Shown here in pieces: positions 58,664-64,000 of a stretch of DNA of 64,000 bases (position 1 is the stretch's first letter; each line of letters opens with the position of its first letter). The notes beneath the pieces are model-generated. The model did no database searches. It had not been told where the DNA came from and saw only the letters and a program-made list of their open reading frames with translations. A program made the translations under genes and the position numbers. This DNA comes from a bacterium (GTDB lineage Bacteria; Patescibacteriota; Minisyncoccia; Phycocordibacterales; UBA2100): the NCBI GenBank assembly GCA_021781955.1, contig JAJXVV010000001.1, forward strand, positions 26,688-90,687, written 5' to 3'.

Positions 58664-60244
58664 ATGGGGTCACGCCAGGCCATCGAGTCGGGCTTCGCGC
58701 GCGTCTTTGGCGCGCAGCCGATGCTGCCGAAAGCAACGATCGTGTCGGTCGAGTGCGACATCGTGAAAGGGCTGCACGCCTTTACCATCGTCGGCCTTCC
58801 GGACAAATCGGTCGAGGAAGCGAAGGATCGTCTCGCGGCGGCGATAAAGAACACCGAACCGCCGGGCGAGAGCACGGCCTATGAATACGAATCTCCCAAA
58901 CGCTCCAACAAAAAGATCGTGCTGTCGCTCGCGCCCGCCGCGCTCAAGAAAGAGGGCGCGGTGTTCGACCTGCCGCTTTCGCTCTCATTCTTGCTCGCAT
59001 CGGAGCAGGTCGCGTTCGATCCGGCAGGAAAGCTTTTTGCAGGCGAGCTCGCGCTCGACGGCGCGGTGCGCCCAATTCTCGGGACGCTCGCCATCGTGCG
59101 CGCAGCGCGCGAGGAGGGATTCAGCGACATGTACGTGCCGGCCGAAAATGCCGACGAGGCGTCGCTCATATCGGGGATTGCGGTGCATTCGGTCGTTTCC
59201 CTGCAAGATGTCATCCGCCAGCTTGAGACCAATGACGCGCCTGTGCATGCGCGCTCACTGCCGCGACAGGCATACGCCGAGGACGACAGCGCGCTCGACG
59301 ATATTCGCGGCCAGGAGAGCGCCAAGCGCGGCCTCGTCATCGCCGCAGCAGGCGGCCACAACATCGCCCTCTACGGCCCGCCCGGCACCGGAAAAACGCT
59401 CCTGGCACGCGCCGCCACATCCATTCTCCCCGATCTTTCTGAAGATGAGATGATAGAGGTTACGACCATCCACTCGCTCTCGGGCGTGTTACACACCGGC
59501 GCGGTCGTGCGACCGCCCTTCCGCTCGCCGCACCACACCTCGAGCTACGCTGCGCTCATCGGCGGCGGCTCTGCGGGTATCCGCCCAGGCGAGGCGACGC
59601 TCGCGCACCGCGGCGTCCTCTTCGCGGATGAATTTCCCGAGTTCCATCGCGACGTCATCAATGCGCTGCGCGAGCCGCTCGAAGAGCACGTCGTCTCGAT
59701 CGCGCGCGCGCGAGGTTCGATCGTGTATCCTGCGAATTTTATGTTCATCGCCGCACTCAATCCCTGCCCATGCGGCTTTTGGGGGACGAAGCGCTGCCAA
59801 TGCATGCCGCACGCCGTTGAGAAGTATCGCCGCAAGCTCTCGGGGCCGATTGCCGATCGCATCGATCTCTGGGTACACGTGGGCGAGATGCCGCCGGAGA
59901 GCTTGGCGCAGAGGGCGAAAGGCAAGGGCGGCGCGACGCTTTGGGCGCGCGAGCAGGTGAAAACGGCGCGCGAGCGGCAGCGAGCGCGCTTTGCGGCACA
60001 TACGATAACGCTCAATTCGCACATGCGCGCCAAGCACATCGAATCCGCCCTGCCAAACCTCTCCGATGAAGCCGAGGCAACGCTCCAACAAGCCGCCCGC
60101 TCGATGAATCTCTCGCCTCGCGGCTACCACCGCACGATCAAGCTCGCCCGCACCATCGCCGACCTCGCAGAGAGCGACGCCATAGAGCCCGCGCACATGC
60201 TCGAAGCGCTGCAGTACCGCGCACGGGAAGTCTGGCCGACGTGA
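58664..60244 (+). CDS. comM: YifB/ComM-family Mg-chelatase-like AAA+ ATPase
   Basis: N-terminal Lon-like domain (…GLHAFTIVGLPDKSVEEAKDRL…), Walker A GPPGTGKT, C-terminal Mg_chelatase_C region. Start ambiguous (58664 or 58721). Confidence 0.85.
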   Translation: MGSRQAIESGFARVFGAQPMLPKATIVSVECDIVKGLHAFTIVGLPDKSVEEAKDRLAAAIKNTEPPGESTAYEYESPKRSNKKIVLSLAPAALKKEGAVFDLPLSLSFLLASEQVAFDPAGKLFAGELALDGAVRPILGTLAIVRAAREEGFSDMYVPAENADEASLISGIAVHSVVSLQDVIRQLETNDAPVHARSLPRQAYAEDDSALDDIRGQESAKRGLVIAAAGGHNIALYGPPGTGKTLLARAATSILPDLSEDEMIEVTTIHSLSGVLHTGAVVRPPFRSPHHTSSYAALIGGGSAGIRPGEATLAHRGVLFADEFPEFHRDVINALREPLEEHVVSIARARGSIVYPANFMFIAALNPCPCGFWGTKRCQCMPHAVEKYRRKLSGPIADRIDLWVHVGEMPPESLAQRAKGKGGATLWAREQVKTARERQRARFAAHTITLNSHMRAKHIESALPNLSDEAEATLQQAARSMNLSPRGYHRTIKLARTIADLAESDAIEPAHMLEALQYRAREVWPT

Positions 60245-60249
60245 TCGGC

Positions 60250-61329
60250 TCAGATCATCTCCTTCGATTCCGAGAAAAACATATTCTCTCGTTTGATGCC
60301 GAACGAGGCGAGGCGATCGCGGACGAACGAGACGAAGGCTTGCTCGGCGGGAAAGTCGACGACCTTGCCATCATCGATGACCGCCCATTGGCCCGCTCGC
60401 CGCAACACGTCGAGCTTGTTGAGGACGAGGTGCGTGACACCGTTCATGCGCACGGCTTGCTCAAGCGTCCGCAGATGCATCCAATTGATCTTGCGGCGGC
60501 GACCCGTGGTCGCGCCAAACTCCTCGCCAAGATCGCCGATCCGGTCGAATATCGCGCCCTCCGGCTGGAACGGCTTGGCGCCCACGTACGTTTCGTACAC
60601 TTTCGCAACGCCCCACACGTCGCGCAGCGACTGCGGCGGCAAACCATTGAGGAGCGCGCCTGCCGAGGTGACATGCGATGATGTGACGAACGGGTAGTCG
60701 CCCCAATCAATGTCGAGGCCAAAGCCTTGCGCGCCTTCCGCAAGGATGGAAATATCGCCGCTCGAGGTGAACCATTCGTCATAAAGGTCGATGAGGTATG
60801 GCGCGAGATCGGGCACGTCCTGCGCGCGCACTCCCGTCCGACCGTACTTGTCGCGGTACGCCGGGCCGTTACCACAGCCGGTCGTGCCGATCGCGCCGCC
60901 CTTTTGCCTGTCTTCTTCTTTGTGCGCCTGCGTGATGACGTGCGCGTTCTTCGCGACGAACACCTTTCCCTTCGGGTCAATGCCGCCTGCTTCCAGCATC
61001 GCGAGCTCGGCAAAGAATTGTTCGGGATCGAGCACGCAACCTGAACCGATAATGCTCGCGATGCCGAAAAAGACTCCCGCCGGTATCTGGTGGGTAACGA
61101 ATTTCCTCCCCTCGTGGAAGATGGTGTGGCCCGCGTTGGCGCCACCGTTGTAACGCAACACGTGCGTGTACGCGTTGGTGCGGGCGAGATGGTGGGCGAC
61201 CTTGCCTTTGCCGCAATCTCCGTACTGGAGATCGACGATGACGTCCAGCGTTATCTTTGGCACGCGCCCCAGTCTACCACGATGAACGAAGGCGGCCCTG
61301 CTAGAACAAACGCGGGTAGCGCCGGACAA
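60250..61329 (-). CDS. purA: adenylosuccinate synthetase
   Basis: …DLQYGDCGKGKV… (P-loop), GANAGHTI, and C-terminal motifs. True start probably the GTG near 61263 (VPKITLDVIVDLQYGD…). Confidence 0.88.
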   Translation of the reverse strand: MSGATRVCSSRAAFVHRGRLGRVPKITLDVIVDLQYGDCGKGKVAHHLARTNAYTHVLRYNGGANAGHTIFHEGRKFVTHQIPAGVFFGIASIIGSGCVLDPEQFFAELAMLEAGGIDPKGKVFVAKNAHVITQAHKEEDRQKGGAIGTTGCGNGPAYRDKYGRTGVRAQDVPDLAPYLIDLYDEWFTSSGDISILAEGAQGFGLDIDWGDYPFVTSSHVTSAGALLNGLPPQSLRDVWGVAKVYETYVGAKPFQPEGAIFDRIGDLGEEFGATTGRRRKINWMHLRTLEQAVRMNGVTHLVLNKLDVLRRAGQWAVIDDGKVVDFPAEQAFVSFVRDRLASFGIKRENMFFSESKEMI

Positions 61330-61385
61330 GGCGGGCGAGCACGAGGGTCCGCGACATAAGCTCGCCGAGCATGCGCGGAGGGTGA

Positions 61386-62618
61386 TTAGAATGGGTTACG
61401 GATGCCGTTACGAATTTCAAAGTGGACATGCGGGCCGGTCGCTTCGCCCGTTTCGCCGACATACCCGATGACCTGCCCCTGCACGACGCGCGCGCCGTCG
61501 TAGGTCGCGACCTTCGACATGTGCGCGTAGAGCGTTTGCGACCCGTTGTCATGGCTGATGACGACGTAGTTGCCGTACCCGCCGTTCCAGCCGCCTTCCT
61601 TGGCGACGACGACATCGCCGGATGCCGATGCGACGATGGGCGTGCCGATCGGGGCGGCGAGGTCGACCGCGTTGTAGCCGTGGATGCCCTGCGTGCGCAC
61701 GTAGTGCGCCAAGGGCGGAATGTAATACGAGGTCTGCGCGAGCGTGCCAGGAGCGCCGACATTGTGCGCGGGTTCGCGCGGGTTATTAGCGAAGATCGTC
61801 GACGGGCCGGTCAGCCCCCTTGATCTGCCTCCGGACACGAGATGCGACCTGGATGTCGTCCGTGACGGGCTCTCGGTCGGTATCGGCGCGGACGCTTCCG
61901 CGTTCGGAACAATAATGACCGTACCTGGGACAAGGGTCGTGTCCACGAGGTCGTTGTACGCGGTTATCTCGGCCGCATCGCCGCCGAGCTTCTTGGCAAT
62001 GCTTTCGACCGTGTCGCCTTTCTGTACCGTGTAATCGATCCCTGTGACGGGAAGGATGATGAGTTTCTGCCCGATCTGGAGCGTGCCCTGAGGCGTGAGG
62101 TCATTCGCCGAGAGGATCGTTCCTTTCGAGACGCCGAAGAGCTGCGCGATCGACAAGACCGTGTCGCCCGAGCGCACGATATACGTGCTCACCGTGGCGA
62201 CCTTCGGCTTCTCGATATCGGCTATGGTACCCGATGGCCCCTCCTCGGGGACGAGAGCGGAATTATCCGCGATCGTGATGCCCCCGCCTCCGGTCGCCGG
62301 TGCCGGGTTCAAGTTCATGGCCGGCTCAAGAATATTCATCGTCTGCAAATTACCGGTCGCCGACGCATCAATCGTGAAGCTGCCCGCATCGATCGCCCTT
62401 TGTATCGAACTGAAGAACGTATCGAGGACGGAGGCGCGAGCAGTGGAGGGGAGCAGGACGCCAAGCACGAGGAAAAGCGATATCAGCGTAACTGCTCGCG
62501 CAGCAGCATATACGCGGCCCGCATGCGCGGACCGAGCTGATCTATATTTCCTGTGGCGCGAACGCTCGCCCGCGTGAGGTTGATGAGGTGAATCTAAAAT
62601 AAGCCTAAAGTAAGCCAC
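61386..62618 (-). CDS. secreted LysM-repeat / M23-family metallopeptidase
   Basis: Signal anchor, two LysM repeats (…YTVQKGDTVESIAKKLG…), and a C-terminal M23 domain with H..D and HxH motifs (HGYNAVDL…GPHVHFEI). Confidence 0.85.
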   Translation of the reverse strand: MAYFRLILDSPHQPHAGERSRHRKYRSARSAHAGRVYAAARAVTLISLFLVLGVLLPSTARASVLDTFFSSIQRAIDAGSFTIDASATGNLQTMNILEPAMNLNPAPATGGGGITIADNSALVPEEGPSGTIADIEKPKVATVSTYIVRSGDTVLSIAQLFGVSKGTILSANDLTPQGTLQIGQKLIILPVTGIDYTVQKGDTVESIAKKLGGDAAEITAYNDLVDTTLVPGTVIIVPNAEASAPIPTESPSRTTSRSHLVSGGRSRGLTGPSTIFANNPREPAHNVGAPGTLAQTSYYIPPLAHYVRTQGIHGYNAVDLAAPIGTPIVASASGDVVVAKEGGWNGGYGNYVVISHDNGSQTLYAHMSKVATYDGARVVQGQVIGYVGETGEATGPHVHFEIRNGIRNPF

Positions 62619-62779
62619 GGTACGGCCGAGTGCCTGAAATATGGCTCTAATGCTTGCTTTTTTGCAAGAGCCGGAAGGATATAGGTACCGCTTGGCTCAC
62701 TTTACCTTTATGGGGATAAACGAGTCAACGGCCTTTAGATGGGACGGGTGAATAGCCGGTGTGTCAAGCTTCTTTGCCA

Positions 62780-64000
62780 ATGTGCTATCATACGCCGGTG
62801 CAACACTTAGAGGGCTTAAATAAGCCACAAAAAGAGGCTGTCCTTCATACTGAGGGGCCGCTCCTCATCGTCGCTGGTGCGGGTGCAGGCAAGACTAAGA
62901 CCATAACTCACCGCATTGCGCAACTTGTTGAGTCCGGCGTGTCAGCCCATCACATTCTCGCGCTCACTTTTACCAATAAGGCAGCGGGCGAGATGCGAGA
63001 GCGGGTGCGTAAGCTCCTCACGGGCCGCGGCAGCATGCCCCTTCTCACGACCTTCCATTCGCTCGGCGTGCGGATACTGCGTGAATTCCACCAAGAGGCA
63101 GGCATTCCGCGCGCGTTCAGTATCTGGGACCGCGATGACAGCATACGGGCGATCAAGGGTATCCTCGCAACGCTCGGCTCCGACCAGGCGCCCAAGGGCA
63201 TCTTGGCCGCCATCTCTCGGCAAAAAGGGGACGGCGTCTCGGGAGCCGAGTACGCGGCACGGGCTCAAAGCTACCGACAGCAGCTCGTCGCCCGCACCTG
63301 GGACCTTTACGAACAGGAGCTCCGCAAGCAGGGCGCGCTCGATTTCGACGACCTCTTGCTGCGCACGCTCCGCCTCTTGGAGGAGAAATCCGCCGTGCGC
63401 TCGCTCTTGCAGGATCGGTGGCGGTACTTGACCATCGACGAATATCAGGACACCAATCGCTCGCAGTACGAGATCGCCCGGCTCTTGGCAGGGGAACGGC
63501 GCAATCTCTGCGTCGTCGGCGACACCGATCAGAACATTTATAGCTGGCGCGGCGCCGACATCGAGCACCTGCTCGGCTTCGAGGTCGCGTTCCCGGGCAC
63601 CAAGGTAGTCGTGCTCGAACAGAATTACCGCTCGACGCGCACCATCCTCTCGGCGGCTAATTCGGTCATCGCAAAGAACGTGCGCCGCAAAGAAAAACAC
63701 CTTTTCACTGAGAACGAGACCGGCGACCCTATCGTCGTGTATGGCGCGCAGAACGAACTCGATGAGGCGTGGTTCGTCGCGCACAGCATCATGCGGCTCA
63801 TCGAGGAAGGCACCACGCCCGGCGAGATCGCGGTCCTCTACCGCGAGAACTTCCAATCGCGCGTGCTCGAGGAAGCCTGTTTGCACCTCGGCGTGCCGTA
63901 TCGCGTGCTCGGCGTCCGCTTCTTCGAGCGCAAAGAGGTGAAGGACGTGCTCTCGTACCTGCGCGCTGCTCTCAACCCGAAAAGTAACGCCGATCTCGCC
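62780..64000 (+). CDS. pcrA: UvrD/PcrA-family ATP-dependent DNA helicase (5' part; continues beyond window)
   Basis: Reading the frame by hand gives …LNKPQKEAVLHTEGPLLIVAGAGAGKTKTITHRIAQLV… (motifs Q, I, Ia, II DEYQDTN, III). Start ambiguous (ATG 62780 or GTG 62798). No stop before the window end. Confidence 0.85.
   Translation, partial: MCYHTPVQHLEGLNKPQKEAVLHTEGPLLIVAGAGAGKTKTITHRIAQLVESGVSAHHILALTFTNKAAGEMRERVRKLLTGRGSMPLLTTFHSLGVRILREFHQEAGIPRAFSIWDRDDSIRAIKGILATLGSDQAPKGILAAISRQKGDGVSGAEYAARAQSYRQQLVARTWDLYEQELRKQGALDFDDLLLRTLRLLEEKSAVRSLLQDRWRYLTIDEYQDTNRSQYEIARLLAGERRNLCVVGDTDQNIYSWRGADIEHLLGFEVAFPGTKVVVLEQNYRSTRTILSAANSVIAKNVRRKEKHLFTENETGDPIVVYGAQNELDEAWFVAHSIMRLIEEGTTPGEIAVLYRENFQSRVLEEACLHLGVPYRVLGVRFFERKEVKDVLSYLRAALNPKSNADLA

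Overview
This window is a high-GC (about 60-65%) bacterial chromosomal segment that is mostly housekeeping genes. Core content includes a split and decorated str operon (rpsL-rpsG ... fusA ... tuf), rpmB, comEC, recJ, pilB-pilC-tpiA-pgk, nusA, hom, ppa, tig-clpP, rny, hup, cca, xth, xerC/D, rarA, an FKBP isomerase, rpsO, a NYN-domain gene, pnp, a DksA-like gene, comM, purA, a LysM-M23 peptidase and a partial uvrD/pcrA. There are four tRNAs: Gly-TCC, Pro-TGG, Gly-GCC and Arg-TCG. Several traits fit a reduced-genome, possibly CPR/Patescibacteria-like organism, but I cannot confirm taxonomy from sequence alone: a 356-aa trigger factor without a PPIase domain, RNase Y, type IV pilus genes, ComEC, and many small secreted or membrane proteins. 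Accessory or unusual content, in order along the window: (1) a 260-bp duplication of the tuf 3' end plus its terminator that brackets a 1.2-kb low-GC islet carrying an NMNAT-like nucleotidyltransferase and a NUDIX hydrolase; (2) a 21-bp palindromic mini-element present as an inverted pair near position 3.8 kb and as an in-frame insertion inside rarA; (3) two diverged paralogous two-gene cassettes (a Gly-rich-domain, Cys-rich secreted protein plus a small membrane-anchored beta-domain protein), one lying between fusA and tuf and one beside tRNA-Arg; (4) a minus-strand cluster of a ThiF/E1-like gene, a gene with a UBC/E2-like 'HP..PNI...G...C' segment, and an unannotated 55-aa disordered ORF ending in Gly, sitting between rnhA and comEC; (5) a ComEC lacking its C-terminal MBL domain, with a degenerate stand-alone ComEC-like MBL protein 2 kb away; (6) a low-GC islet by tRNA-Pro with a TrmB-like regulator and YraN; (7) about 131-bp imperfect direct repeats flanking an HTH-containing ORF next to tRNA-Gly-GCC. 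No CRISPR array, integrase or transposase was recognised.
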